Source of the DNA: Ginglymostoma cirratum
Taxonomy: Eukaryota
Direction: 5' to 3'
Length of the DNA: 64,000 nt
Assembly (NCBI GenBank): GCA_024137785.1
Contig: JAHRHZ010000139.1
Coordinates: forward strand, 38,843,447-38,907,446
Below, one piece after another: positions 41,201 through 54,970 of the stretch. The notes beneath the pieces are model-generated. The model did not search any database. It was not told where the DNA came from and worked only from the letters and a program-made list of their open reading frames with translations. The position numbers and the translations under genes were made by a program. Each line of letters starts with the position of its first letter. Position 1 is the first letter of the stretch.

Positions 41201-41504
41201 CAACCTGTGGAGAAAGAAAGCAAGAGTTAACATTTCAAGTCCAAAAAGACTGGATGAATCATCTGGAGTTCTTTGGTAGCTAGATGAAAAACTGCAGGCT
41301 CTTAATAAAACCAACACCCCTTCCCTCTCCCATTTCTAAGGAGATATCCACTAATTTGTTTGAAGGTGCAAAGTTCTTTGGGAGACTTGCCTGATGCATT
41401 ATGAAGTCATTGTGGCAGCTTCTGTTGTATCTTTCACAGATGTGCATGAAATCCTTCTGTTGGTTATACACCAGCTGAACATTGTCAAATATTCCTGGTT
41501 GATC

Positions 41505-43480
41505 TGAGATTGATTTTTGATTTATTGTCACGTGCCTAAGTACAGTGAAAAGCTTTGTTTGTGAGCAATACGGCAGATCATAGGACAGAGTGAGGCATCC
41601 AGATTACACTGCACAGGACGTGCACAAAGCAAGATCAGCATTATTTGAAGTTGGAGACTCTATTCATTAGTCTAACAACGGCAGGAAAGAAGCTGTTCTT
41701 GACCCCGGTAGTGCGTGTGTTCAAGCTTCTGTATCTTCTGCCTGTCGGAAGAGGTTGTAGGCATTCGTTACCGGGGTGCGATGGGCCTTTAATGATGTTG
41801 GCAGCCTTTCTGCGGCAATGAGAAGTGTAGATGAAGTCCATGGATGGGAGGTTGGCTTTTGTGATGGTCTGGGCTGCGCACACAACCTTTTGTAGTTTCT
41901 TATGGTTCTGGGCAGAGCAGTTGTTATACCAGGCCGTTATGCACCCAGAAAGTTTGCTTTCTATGGTGCATCTGTAAAAGTTGGTGAGAGTCTTTATAGG
42001 CATGCCAAATTTCCTAAGCTGCCTGAGGAAGAAGAGGCATTATTGTGCCTCCTTGACCCTCGCATCTGTGGGACGTCCAGGACAGAGTTGTTGGTTATCG
42101 TCACTCCTAAGAGTTTGATGCTCTCAACCTCCACTCTGTTGATGTAGATAGCTGCGTGATCTCATCTTTTCTTTCTGAATTCAGTGTTAAGTTTTAGTTT
42201 TTCTGACATTGAGAAAGAGATTGTTATCATTGCACCGCGTCACTAAACCCTCTAACTCCTTTCTGTATTCTGATTCGTCATTGTTTGATATCCATCTTAC
42301 CACAGTGGTGTTGTCAGCAAGCTTGTAGATGGCATTCGTTCAGAGTTTGGCTGTGCAGGGAGTAGAGTAGGGGGCTAAGAACCCATCCTTGTGTGATTGG
42401 GTCCAGTGTTGAGTGTTATTGTGGAGGAGGTGCCATTGTCTATCTTCACGGATTGTGGTTTCTGGGTCAGAAGGCTGAGGATCCAGTTGCAAAGAATGGA
42501 GCCAAGACCTAGGTATCAGAGTTTTGAAATCAGTTTGGAAGGGATAATGGTGTTGAAGGCTGAGCTGTAGTTGGTGAGCAGGAGTCTGATGTAAGTGTCC
42601 TTGTTCAAATGTTCCAGGGATGAGTGCAGGGCTAGGGAAATGGCATCCGCTGTGGACCTGTTATGTCGGTAGGCAAATTGCAGGAGATCAATGCAGGCTG
42701 GGAGACTGGAGGTGATGTGGGCCATGACCAGCCTCTAGAAGCACTTCATATTTATGGAGGTCAGAGCCACTGAGCGTTGTTATTAAGACACAGTGTATGT
42801 GCTTTCGGAGGTACGAGGATGATGGTGGTCTTCTTGAAGCTGACGGGGACTTGAGCTTGTAGGAGGGAGATGTTGAAAATGTCAGTGAATATTTCTGCCA
42901 GCTGGTCCATACAGGATCTAAGTTCATGGCTGAGCACTCTGTCCTGGCCTGTCACTTTCCTTGGGTTCACTCCTAGGAAGACTGATCTGACAGCTGCAGC
43001 GGTGACAGGGAACAGGTGCAGCCAGGGCTGTCAGGGCAAATGTCACCGTGCCACTGGCATTCTGCTCAAAACAAGCAAAGAAAGCGTTGAGCACGTGGGA
43101 GGGATGTTTCTTTGTCTGCTATCTTGCTTTGCTTCACTTTGTACCCCATTATGTTGTCTAGGCCTCTCATCCGTGTGGTTGGTTTGGGCCTCTAACTTGG
43201 TCTGGTACTGCCTCTTGACATCCCTGGCTTTACAGTGGTCATATCCGGATTTTCTGTGCAGGTCTGGGTCACCTGACTTGAATGCTGCACTCTGGTCTTC
43301 AGTAGGGAGCGGATTTCCCAGTTCATCCAAGGTTTCCAGTTGGGGAACACCTGGATTAACTTCTTTGGCACATAGTGGTGCACGCATTTGCTAATGAAGT
43401 CTGTGACATCATCCAGGTGTAATCATCCAGGTTTTCCAATGAGTACTTGAATATGGTCCAGTCCACTGATTCCAAGCAGT
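41505..43480 (-). mobile_element. Rex1/Babar-like LINE, decayed
   Basis: [28 protein letters not shown] and FYRCTIESKLSGCITAWY..KNSFFP. Paralogous to the 53.9-57.4 kb copy. Confidence 0.8.
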
Positions 43481-45444
43481 CCAAGAGTGTGTGTTGATTA
43501 TCAAGTAAATACAATGTGCAATTTCCTGCACCTTCAGAATGCAACCATTGTAGCTAATCCAAGAGCTGTCACCTGACTGGGTTCATCAGTAGAAAAATGA
43601 ATGTAATTGCTGTAAGTCTCCTAGGAGATATACTTATGTGCTGTACAATCTGAAGACCTGCAACTGTCATTGGCCGATCGCTGGAAGGAGTCAGAAATGA
43701 AGAAATTAAGGGTGTTTGTTATTTTGGCTACTGGCATAGACTGCCCTGGTCCATTTGTAAGGAGGTCTTCCACCAACTGAACTTGGATGTCCGTAATGAC
43801 CTGTCATGAAAGCCTGAGCTTGTGGAGACATTGTTGCTCAGTCATATGAAGAAAGCTGATCATCTGCCTGTATAATATTACTGGGTGTATTTTTCTTTTA
43901 TGATTTATAGGCTGTGGGTGTCACTGGCGAGCACAGTACCTAATTGCCCAGGAGGCAGCCAGTCGTCAGAGATTCTGGAGTCATGTGTAGGCTAGACCAG
44001 GTAAGGATGACAAAATTCCTTCCCTAAAACAAGTGATCTTGTTGGGTTTTTATCTCCTTCAGTTTGGAGCTCCATGTTCTTTCTCCTCTTCCCTCTGAAG
44101 TGACAAATGATTAAGGAAGAACAAACTGTTCCTGCTAATGCTGCTTGCTAATCCAACCCAATTCCCAGAAAAGCTGCATAAAGTACTCTCATACTGTACT
44201 GAAGATTAGCAGCTAGAACTGCAGATCAAAATGAGAGAAATCCACAATAACAGAAGTGACCTCCCAAACAGTGAAAGCACGTTTTCAGAACAAGTCCTGT
44301 GAGTAAAGGGTTTTCACGGATGATGAACAGTTGTCTTGTTTTGGTTTTCAAAGGCTTTATAGGCTGCCAACTATTGACCCTAGCAAGTTTCAAATGGCTT
44401 GAGAAACCAGCACACTTGTTGTCTTATACATTTTAAATTCATGGATACAAAACCCCATAGAAGGTTCCTATATGCACGCTCGTTAAATGAAGTGAGTGGA
44501 ACCATGTTAGGTTTCTGATACACTGGCATTTCTTGTCTTTAAACCCTTGTACATGCTGGTGTTTCCTCCAAAACACTTGCATCAGTTTATAATCTACCCA
44601 ATACATCTGATTTTGTTTCTGTAGCATTTCTATCAATTGAAAAGGATGAGGTGTGTTTTGAGAACTTCACACACTTAGAAAATAATTAAGGCTTCTAAAA
44701 CATGAGTTGGTATGTAATGGCTTTTAATGAAATCTAATTCCATAACTTAAACATTTCTGCAGTCCACTATGGCCTAATAGCACATTAAATTGGCTCAAAG
44801 TTCACTACTTGCAAATGATGGCTGAAGATTAAATTTACAGCAATATAGAGAAATCAATGACAGAATAATATTAGTGCACATCAAGATAGCTTAATTCATC
44901 CCCTCCTATCTAATGAGAAGTTAAACATTCCTGATCCCAGATCATTGTTTGAAATCCCATTTAAAATTGGATATATACCCTGTTCAATGAGGTATAAGTG
45001 GGCTTTTACAGGTGACTTGATTAACGTAAATTGAACAACAGATTTGAATTTTGTTTGCAAAATGCTGATTATCAATTAGTTTTAAGATATTTTAAAATAA
45101 GTTTCTGTAAAAGTCTTTTCCAGATTATCTTACTTTCTGTTGATGAATAATGATAGGTCAAGATATTTCATCATGAATTCATCAGGACAATTTGCAAGAA
45201 TACTAATTCAAGAAATTAAAGCAACATTCAGACTGTATGAGAGTGTTCATTAGTCAATAATTGGATTCTGATTGGTAGAGGTGTATCCATGAAGAATGTA
45301 CTCAGTAACGATTAACCATTAATTGCCAGGATTTGTTTGTAATTTTAAACCAGACAGGTTGATTTGGATTGCTTAGGACATTGCCCTGAGAAATGAACCA
45401 GCAAATGGCTGTCACCTATTTGTTTGAGTTGTAACAGGCACAGC

Positions 45445-46960
45445 ACGTGTGAGGTGAGGATCTGGTAAAAGCCTCAGCATCATCGAGAGGAGTGGATGAG
45501 GTTAAAACTTTCACAGAGATGCAAACAGATGATAGCGGATCTGAATGGATCTCTAGACATAAACAAGAATAAGATTTTTTTTCTCCTCTATACTTCAGTA
45601 GAGCCAACGGCCCATCTTCTGTTCGGTTGAAGTATGTTAGGGGCGCTAAGCCTGTGATTTGCACATACTTCTCTATGTGCGATATCTTAGAAACTCCTGG
45701 CAGTTTGGATGACCAAGTACAGGAAATGCATCTTGAGTTTGAGCTCCTGGGTTTCTGCTAGCTGCTGCTCGACTTCAGTATTATGAGGATCTCTGCATTC
45801 TTGAGGGTCAGAGATTCACAGACAGCATGTTTCAGGATGTGGTCACTCTGCCTGTACTTCTTTAAGCTGCAGAGTGGAAATAGGTGACTATCAGACAGAA
45901 TGGAACTAGGCAGCTGGTAAGGCAATCCATCAACTGAATCTCTGTGGCAATCCATTCCTTGGCCTTGGAAAGCAGTGAGAGTGATAGTTTCTCTGTGGAA
46001 GCCAGACAGGGAATAGACAGGCTCTTCTGCAACCATAGATGTAACTCTAGTATCTTGGGTGCTGGGATCATGGAATGACTGCAAGGAATTTTGAAGTAGG
46101 GAGGTCAAATAGTCAGAGGTCTTGGCTCATACTGAGACCAAACCTTGGGTAGCAAACTGAAAAGTAGGACTTTAAAGGTAAGAAAATAGTGCAGAAATGA
46201 GTGTAGGATTAGAGCAATGTGTGGTTGGAGGGATGTTGTAGGAAGTGGAGCTTTAGGTTCTTTTAATTTTGTATGCTAATCGGTTATGTTGGACCTTATT
46301 GAAAGTCTTCTGAGGAATGAATTGAGGGCACAGGCATAAGGGACTATGATACAGCTAAGACAGACTTTACTTAAATATGGATAAGAATGGCAGCTCAACA
46401 TTACTAGTTATAAGATATTCAGACAAAGAGGACAAGGGAAATGCAATATTGATTAAGTAATAATTATAGCAGTGAGCAAGGATGATATCTTGGAAGGATC
46501 GTCAAATGAGGTCATATGAGTAAATGTGAAAAACACAAGGGGCAAACACACTATTGGGTATGTACAAGGGGTTCTCGACTATCAGGGCGAGATAGAGGAT
46601 CAAATATGTAATCAGAATTTCAAAGAGGTGTAGGATTAATAAAACATTAATAGGGAATTTTATCTATCCAAATAGTAACTGGGATTGTTTTAGTGTGCAA
46701 GGTTGGGAGGGTACAAAACTGTTAAACTGGATCCAGGAGCATGTTTTCAGCCAGTACATAGAAAGCCCAACAGGAGTGTGGGTAGTTCTGGACCTCATAT
46801 TCAAAAATGAGCCCAGACAAGTGGAAGGTGTGTCAGCAAAGTGGCATTTTGGAGATAGTGATCATAATTTTGTTATGTTTAAGATAGTTATGGAAAAGGA
46901 TAAAGATGGGCCAAGAATAAAAGTTCTAAACTGGGGAAAGGCTAATTTTACCAAATTTCA
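45445..46960 (+). mobile_element. Decayed CR1 5' region (ORF1 remnants and APE endonuclease)
   Basis: SQYIESPT..VLDLIF..FGDSDHNFVMF..LNWGKANF. Upstream gggtgactatcagacag and gatataggaa-like ORF1 remnants. Confidence 0.65.
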
Positions 46961-48754
46961 CCAAAGTGGACTGCACTCTGCCAATTTCCATGCGACCAAA
47001 TAGGTGACAGCCATTCGCTTCTTCATTTCTTAGGGCAATGTCCTCAGCAATCAGATCAACATGTCTGGTTTAAAATGTGAACAAAGATTGGCAGTTAACT
47101 GTCAATCATCATGATGTGTGCATTCTCCAAGGTAATTCTCTGCCAGTCAGAGTCCATTTGCCAACCACTGAGCTCTCTGCTTACATAGTTTTTTTTTTTG
47201 TTCCCCTTGAATTGGTTTGCACGTTGTTCTGACCAGTACAAGACAAAAAAACTTGTCAATGTATTTTCCTGCAACACTCAAACTCTGTACTAATATAGCC
47301 ATGTTAATTTAGACTTTACCCTATGTGGATGTTCTAATTTTAATCTGCTCTATGCAGAAATTTTTTCAAAGTGCTTTTACTTTAGTCCTTTTTTCTGCTT
47401 TCCCGTTTAGGGATTTGTGACATTCTCTAAACATAATTTAATGCCATCACCCCGCTCCAGCTCTAAGCTGTGAATACTAAGTTGCGCAGTGGACTGCAGT
47501 GATACCGCTGAAATTCTAGGGCAAAACTAACGAATATCCCAGTGAGATTTACTTTTGTGAACAGTGCTAAATGCTCTAGTTTCACCATGAACTGCAAACT
47601 CTGGACCATTTTACATATTGCTTCCGTTGTGCAATTCTTAGAATTTAGACATTTTTACATGTTTCTAATACCACAAATTTAGAAGTGCATTTAAGGCCAG
47701 CTTAAATACAAATAAGTTTTCAAGGATGTAAACTCAATGAAATGTTTTTGGAAATAGATTAGATCAAGGCTAATTGAAAACACAAATAATGTTAACTTGT
47801 CATCTTGCTTTAATAAAGGTAGAATCTGGGTTTAATTCAAAACCAGTAAAAAGAAGTCTTTGCTGTATAGCTAGTAAGTTATTGTCTGCTCAGTCCTGTT
47901 AACAATGTAATTCTCAGATAACAGAAGCATGTCTGGAATCTGTGAGTGGTGATTCATCCACAAAACCCTTCAGCAGAAATATAACTGTATCAATATATTA
48001 CTAGTGATACTGATTGGATTTACGTGTGGCACCATGTCTCTTGAGCAGCATGTTATAAAGTTCAGTTAATTTTAGTCCAGAATACACTAAACCAACCGAT
48101 CATTCCTTATATGTCCATTTCAAAACTTCCAGTTCTATCCTTCAATGTGTCATATTTTGAAATAATTTTACTCTATCCAGTTAGAAACTTTGCCCATACT
48201 TTCCTCCCTGCAGCCTTGTCTCAGAATGATCTAAACTTGATATAGTTTGGTATTTGAAATTTAACCTGAAATAGCCCAGTTCAAGACATCTGTTAAGAAT
48301 TAATTTGTAATTTATTCCTAATTAATTAGTGCCTGTGGTGTTGGTAGCCAGCATCCAGGTAACAGAAGGCACATCATCATCTTTTAAATTTGCTAAAAAG
48401 TAAGTTGAATCAAGAACACTAGATTATGTTGAGTCATCAATCTTGGCTTACTCTTGTGTTTGTCCTCCAATCAATGCAAAAGTATATTTATGTAGGCACT
48501 CTTTTTAATCTGGATATGAAAGGAGCAGAGTCCTTAAAGTACAATGTGTGTACTTTATTCCAGTAGAAAAAGATTTCTCTAATTGGTAGAAACATGAATC
48601 ATAGGTTATTTACAAATCATATTTTAAGATCATTTTCAGCCTTCTCAATGCTGAAAATACCAGGAAGTCGGGTAACATCTGTACAGAGTCAGAGAAAAAT
48701 GTCAATCCGCTGCCTAATTTGCTGAGAATGTCTAGAATGCTGACTTAATTTCAC

Positions 48755-49452
48755 AGAAGGTTGGTCTGCAGGTTCAACAAGTAATTAGGAAGGCAAATGG
48801 AATTTTGTCCTTCATTGCTGAAGGGATTGAGTTTAAAAGCAGAGAGGTTATGTTGCAGCTGTACAAGGTGCTGGTGAGGCCACACCTGGAGTACTGTGTG
48901 CAGTTTTGGTCTCCTTACTTGAGAAGGGATGTACTGGCACTGGAGGGGGTGCAGAGGAGGTTCACTAGGTTGATTCCGGAGTTGAGGGGGTTGGTTTCTG
49001 AGGAGAGACTGAGTAGATTGGGATTATATTCATTGGAATTCAGAAGATTGAGGGGGGATCTTATAGAAACATATATAAAATTATGAAGGAAATAGATAAG
49101 ATAGAAGCAGAGAGGATGTTTCCACTGGCAGGTGAAGCTAGGACAAGAGGGCATAGCCTCAAGATTAGAGGGCGCAGATTTAGGACTGAATTGAGAAGGA
49201 ATTTCTTCACCCAGAGGGTTGTTAATCTACGGAAATCCTTGCCCAGTGAAGTAGTTGACGCTACTTCAGTAAATGTTTTTAAAGCTAAGGTAGATTTTTT
49301 TTGAACAATAAAGGAATTTAAGGGATATGGTGAGAGTGCGGTTAAGTGGATCTGAGTCCACTAAAAGATCAGCCATGATCTTATTGAATGACGGAGCAGG
49401 CTCGAAGGGCCAGACGGCCTACTCCTGCTCCTAGTTCTTATGTTCTTATGTT
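48755..49452 (+). mobile_element. CR1 LINE 3' fragment, well preserved
   Basis: LYKVLVRPHLEYCVQFWSP..LEGVQRRFTR..RGDLIETY and RTRGH..RRNFFTQRVV. Tandem (ttcttatg) tail. Confidence 0.9.
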
Positions 49453-49934
49453 TAAATGAATGAGGTACACAGCCGCTGCTATATGCTTGGAGAAAGTTGT
49501 GTTTTAGAATGTTTTGTTGCTGTATTTAAACATTTCCAATGTTGTTTAGTGCTCCATTGCAAGTAATTATATAAATGTGTAAAGCTCTTACCCATGACCC
49601 ATTTAGGTAATGTTAGCCTTAAGGCAAAGGAATGTAATAGAAGTGGATTAAGTATTTGTCTGCTGGAAAAAGTTTTTTACTTTGGCTCTTTTCTGTGTTA
49701 ATTTATTGGGTGAATTTTGGGCTTAGTTACTCATACCAGTGAGAATGTAGGGTTTTAGGAGAGAAAGCAAGGAAATATTAGGAAAAAAGGAAGAACCAAT
49801 CAGCATTCACACACAATCATGGATTCCAAGAGAAACATTATTTATGAAGTTAACTTATGCTTTTTTAAATTTTTAAAAATATTTTAAGACCTTCACTATC
49901 TTTTTACTTTGGATTTGTAAATTTTTGTCAATAT

Positions 49935-50165
49935 AAAGTTGCCATACTCTGACCAGACCATCGAGCTGCTCTCTCTTGTTAGAGAGAGAGAGAGAGAGAG
50001 AGACGACTGGTAGTGATTAACCTGAGGGTCACCATCGTTTAGATGAAGGGAGAGGTTGACAAAGAGAGTCCTTCACAATAACCTCAGCTAGTGTGGGATG
50101 AAGCCAACTGTTGGCATCACTCTACATCACAAACCAATTGTCCATCCAACTGAGCCAGCTGACTG
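49935..50165 (-). mobile_element. SINE-like repeat containing a (GA)n tract; second copy at 62866-63072
   Basis: The two copies share aaagttgccata..gacc..gctgct..ctggtagtgatt..aacc..gtcacca..ggggagaggtt..ctgttggcatcactct. Confidence 0.65.
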
Positions 50166-52451
50166 TCTTTTTGTAAGAATAGCTGTCAGTCATTCAGGGA
50201 ATTGCATCATGAAAATAAAGTGACTGCTTATAATAAAACAGCAAGTTATAACCTTTCAAAATGCCAGTCAGATCACACAGGCAGGTGATGACCTGATTTC
50301 TTTACCCACACAACTCGTAATAATAGCAGGTCTACTGTTCTATGGTTTCTTCTTTCCAAAAATATTTATTGAAGCCTTATAGTTTATTGAAGAAAATTTG
50401 GTTCAATATTGGTCAACCAATGCATTGCCTCGTGTTATGTTAAGTCATTAAATGCAAGCAAAGTTTGTGTTGTCTGGTCTATGTTGTATTAGACATTCTG
50501 AGTTTGGGACATGACCTGCAAAATGCAAAAACAAAGGGTTCTGTGCCACTGTTTTATAGAGGAGGAAAAAAACAGGTGCCATTTTATCCACCTAGCTAGG
50601 AGAGATATATACAGACATTTTGGGAGAGAGGAGTGGAGATGTATGGTCAAAAAGCACACTAGTACCGACCATTGCAAGTTCACTCATGAGTATAGCCTCT
50701 TGGATCTGGTTTTGCAGGGCTGCTGGCATCTGTGTAAACAACTTAGGCAAAACAAAAATTGGAAAAGAAAAATATCTTGTTTCCCACACTCTGAAACAAA
50801 TGGACTAGACTAATTTGATGAAATGGTATTTCAGACTTTCATTATGTTGTGTTTAATTTGGTTATTAATTATTTTTTGAGTTTCCAATTAAAATTCTTTT
50901 CTTTATTTACTTCACCACAGGAATAATGTTGCACCAATTATCATGTGTACACTCATTGTCAGCACTTTAATTACAGGGCTATTGTATGTGAACAATTATT
51001 CTCCCAAATAATAAATACTCTTAAGTATGGAAAATGCACACAGTATCACTGAATACAAAAGACCCTAATGAGTATGGTATTTTCTGGCCATGTCAAAGTT
51101 ATGAGTTGCTTTTTGGGATTCAGCAGATGTTGCAATCAATCCTCATTGCATAATCTGTACAACTGATTGGGATCAGATTTAGACCATGCTGAAATAGAAA
51201 CTTATTTTACAAAACATTCAGGGAATTCAAGGTTTCACTGCAGGGAAATTATTCTTAACTTTTAACATTGAGCATGGTCTGATTATAAAATACTAAAGCC
51301 AACAATTTACCGCTGGGGGAGAGGGATGTGAAGAGGTGGAATTTGAGGGCCGGGTAGGAGAAAAAAAATCAACTTAAATTTTGGCATTTTAACGTTGGCA
51401 CAAACTTAGTCTAGAATCGTGTTGTCCTTGAAATCTTTTACTTCATTTAATCTCTGCAATCAGACATGAAGTTTACAAACCCACAGGAAAAACCTGCATA
51501 TTGTTCAGTGAGATTCTGTTCAGAAGAATAATGCCCAAGTCCTTTTTCAGTTATATTAACAGTTATACTATTAGAGCTGATGACTACTGCACCTACTCTG
51601 TCAGTAAACACAGTATATTTGCTGGTTACTAAAATGCAGGAGCAGGTGTGAGGGGAATGATTTAGATCTGTGTAACTAGACCTGCACCATTTTTAATTCT
51701 AAACTCAGTGCAAGCTTTCTGGACTGATCTAAAGTGGTTTCCCTGAAGAGAGCCATAGGGCTGAATCTGACCTGCTCTTTCAGAATGGGCTAAAAGAGGA
51801 TGGCTAGCAAAATGACATGGGCAGTTGTTGGACGGTGTCTTCTTCCTGCTTTATGATTACGCTATAGAAAAAATGGGCCCAATTATCCATTTATGTATCT
51901 TGTACACTTAATTATCATTGATTGTAAGAATTGGCTGTACTGCCATAGGCAACGAGTGACCCTGTGTTAGCAATTTACCACTGGGTTGGTGCAGCATCTT
52001 ATGAGGATGCTATCAGATAACCCCTGACAGCCTCTGGCTGGCCCTCCTTTTTGGACACTCCTTGGCCTGTGGAGGGAAGCCCCTGCTCCAGCAATGGCAG
52101 CCCATTGTAATGGTACCACTTACCCTTGCTGGAAGAGTTCCTCATTGGCACCAGGTTCTTTAAGATCCCACTCGTTTGTCTTTTTCAGAGTGTATGTCTA
52201 TCACTAAGGTTTTAGAGTAGATCTGTAGCTCGGGTTGTGGGTGTTGAGGTTGGTTGGCTCGCCGAGCTGGTTTGTTGTTCCGTATGTCTATCAATGCGCC
52301 CATGTGCTCCAGATGCAGCCCCAGCAGTGCCCACTGTAACAGGAACACTGCTGAGCTGTCAGCTTTCTGATCTATGTGGCAACTCATGGGAACAGACCAT
52401 TATCCTGAAAAGAATGACAATCCAATGGTAGCCAGATAATTGGCAAAAAGC

Positions 52452-52587
52452 NNNNNNNNNNNNNNNNNNNNNNNNNNNNNNNNNNNNNNNNNNNNNNNNN
52501 NNNNNNNNNNNNNNNNNNNNNNNNNNNNNNNNNNNNNNNNNNNNNNNNNNNNNNNNNNNNNNNNNNNNNNNNNNNNNNNNNNNNNNN
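52452..52587. other. Assembly gap (136 N)
   Basis: Run of N. Confidence 1.
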
Positions 52588-52979
52588 ACCAATAGCAGCT
52601 AAATAGGCTTTCCTGACCCATTATTAAATTGGCTGTAATCAAAACGTTTGAACACTGGGCAGAACAGGAATGGATTTAATAAAGAAACAACTGCTTTCAA
52701 TGTCAACGTGGTGGTTCACGGTGGTTAGCAAGTTACTGTTAAAATGCATAATGGGATGGTTTACTAGGCAAAGTGTTATGAGAGAAAGTAAGACATGCCG
52801 AAGAATCAGTTAAAACTAGAGATTCCTCTCATTCCTTTGGCACAAGTCATACCTTGCACACTTAATTATCATTGATTGTAAAGAATTGGCTGTACTGCCT
52901 GCAGGCAACCATAGAGCTGGTTATAGAGTCATAGGCCCAACTGGCAACTTTGAATAGCACAGGTAATTGTTGATAAGTT

Positions 52980-53755
52980 TATAGAATTGTAGAATCATAT
53001 AGCACGGAAACAGACCCTTCGGTCCAACGAGTCCATGCTGACAATAATCCCAAATTTAGATAGTCTCACCTGTCTGCACTTGGTCCATATTCCTCCAAAC
53101 ATTTCTTAATCATGTATTCATCCAAATGTTTTTTAAACATTGTAATTGTACCCACTTTCACCACTTTCTCAGGAAGTGCATTCCACACAAGAACCATTCT
53201 GTCTAAAGAAAAAGTTGCCCTTCATGTCTTTTTAAAATCTTTCTCTTCTCCCTTAAAAATATGCCCCACCCTAGGGAAAAGACACCTGCCATTCACCTTT
53301 TCTATGCCCCTCACGATTTTATAAGCCTCTATAACGTCACCCTCAACCTCCTACATTCCAGGAAAAAATTCTCAGCCTATCCAGCCACTCCTTATAACTC
53401 AAAGCCTCCAGACCCAGCAACATCCCGGTAGATCTTCTCTGAACCATCTCCAATATAATAATATCCTTCCCGTAACAGGGCAACTAGAACTGGGTGCAGT
53501 ACTCCAGAAAAGAGCTGCACAATCTTAACATAACATCTCAACTCCTATGCTCAAAAGGTCTGAGCAATGAGGGCAACACACTAAATGCCTTCTCAACCAT
53601 GCTGTCCACTTGTGACACTAATTTCAAAGAATTATTTACCTGAACCCCTGGATCTCTGTTATAGAACACGACCGAAGGCCCTACTTTTTTTAATTGTAAA
53701 AGTCCTGCCCTTATTTGTTTTACCAAAATGCAATACTTTGCATTTATCCAAATGA
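52980..53755 (-). mobile_element. CR1 LINE 3' fragment
   Basis: cagacccttcggtccaac..ttataagcctctataa..gtactccag homologous to 40322-41200. Confidence 0.75.
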
Positions 53756-54970
53756 ATGTTTTAGTTGTAGATCTGTGCTATCTGCTGCTCACTTGCATTA
53801 TAAGCTTGGCATTGCTGGTAACAGTCAAATCCCTCACCTCTCTCCACATTTTTGTTCAGCCTCATTGAATGCTATATTGATTGATTGTCACGTGTACCGA
53901 GATACAGTGAAAGCTTTGTTTACGAGCGGTGCAGGCAGATCACAGCAAGCAAAGGATGTATAGATCAAAAAGACTTAGAGACATACAGGTTACATTGCAG
54001 GTTTTGTTATTTGAGACTAGAGTCCATTCAACAGTCTGATAACGGTTGGAAAGAAGCTGTTCCTGAACCTGCTTGTGCGTACGTTCGGGCTTCTGTATCT
54101 TCTGTCTGATGGAAGAGGTAGGAGATTATTATCAGGGTGCGATGGGTCTTTGATGATGTTGGCCACCTTTCCATGGCAGTGAGCCAAATAAATAGAGTCC
54201 ATGGATGGAAGGTTGGCTTCTGGGATGGTCTGGGCTGTGCACACCACCTCTGTAGTTTCTTACGGTCCTGGGCAGAGCAGTAGCCATGCAAGGCCATTAT
54301 GCAGCGGGACAGTACACTTTCAACGGTGCATCTGTGGAAGTTGGTGAGGGACCTTATGGACATGCCAAATTTCCTGAGCCGCCTGAGGAAGAAGAGGCAT
54401 TTTTGTGCCTTCTTGACTGTCACATTTATATGGGAGGTCCAGGACAAGTCGTCAGTTATCATGACTCCAAGGAACTTGATTCTTTGTTTCCATTGATGTA
54501 GATGGGGGCGTGTTCTCCTCCTTTCTTTCTGAAGTCGATGATCAGTTCTTTAGTTTTGACAACATTGAGAGAGAGGTTGTTTTCGTTGCACCATGTCACC
54601 AAGCCCTTTATCTCCCTTCTGTATTTTGACTCATTGTTAGACATCCATCACACTATGTTGATGTCGTCAACGAACGTGTAGGTGGCATTCATTCAGAATT
54701 TGATAATACAATTGTGGGTGTACAGGGAGTACAGTAGGGATCTGAGGATGCTTCCTGGTGGGGGGGGGGATGCGGCGAGCTCCAGTGTTGTGTTATTGTG
54801 GAGGAGGTGCAGTTACCTATCCTCACTGATTGCGGCCTAGGGGTCAGAAAACTGAAGATCCAGTTGCAGAGGGCAGAGCTGAGACCAAGGTCATGCAGTT
54901 TTGAGATCAGTTTGGAGGGGACAAAGGTGTTGAAGGCAGAGTTGTAGTCAACGAGCAGGAGTCTGATGTA

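Noticed and set aside
52359-52642. ORFs containing X runs
   Set aside because: Artefacts of the N gap.
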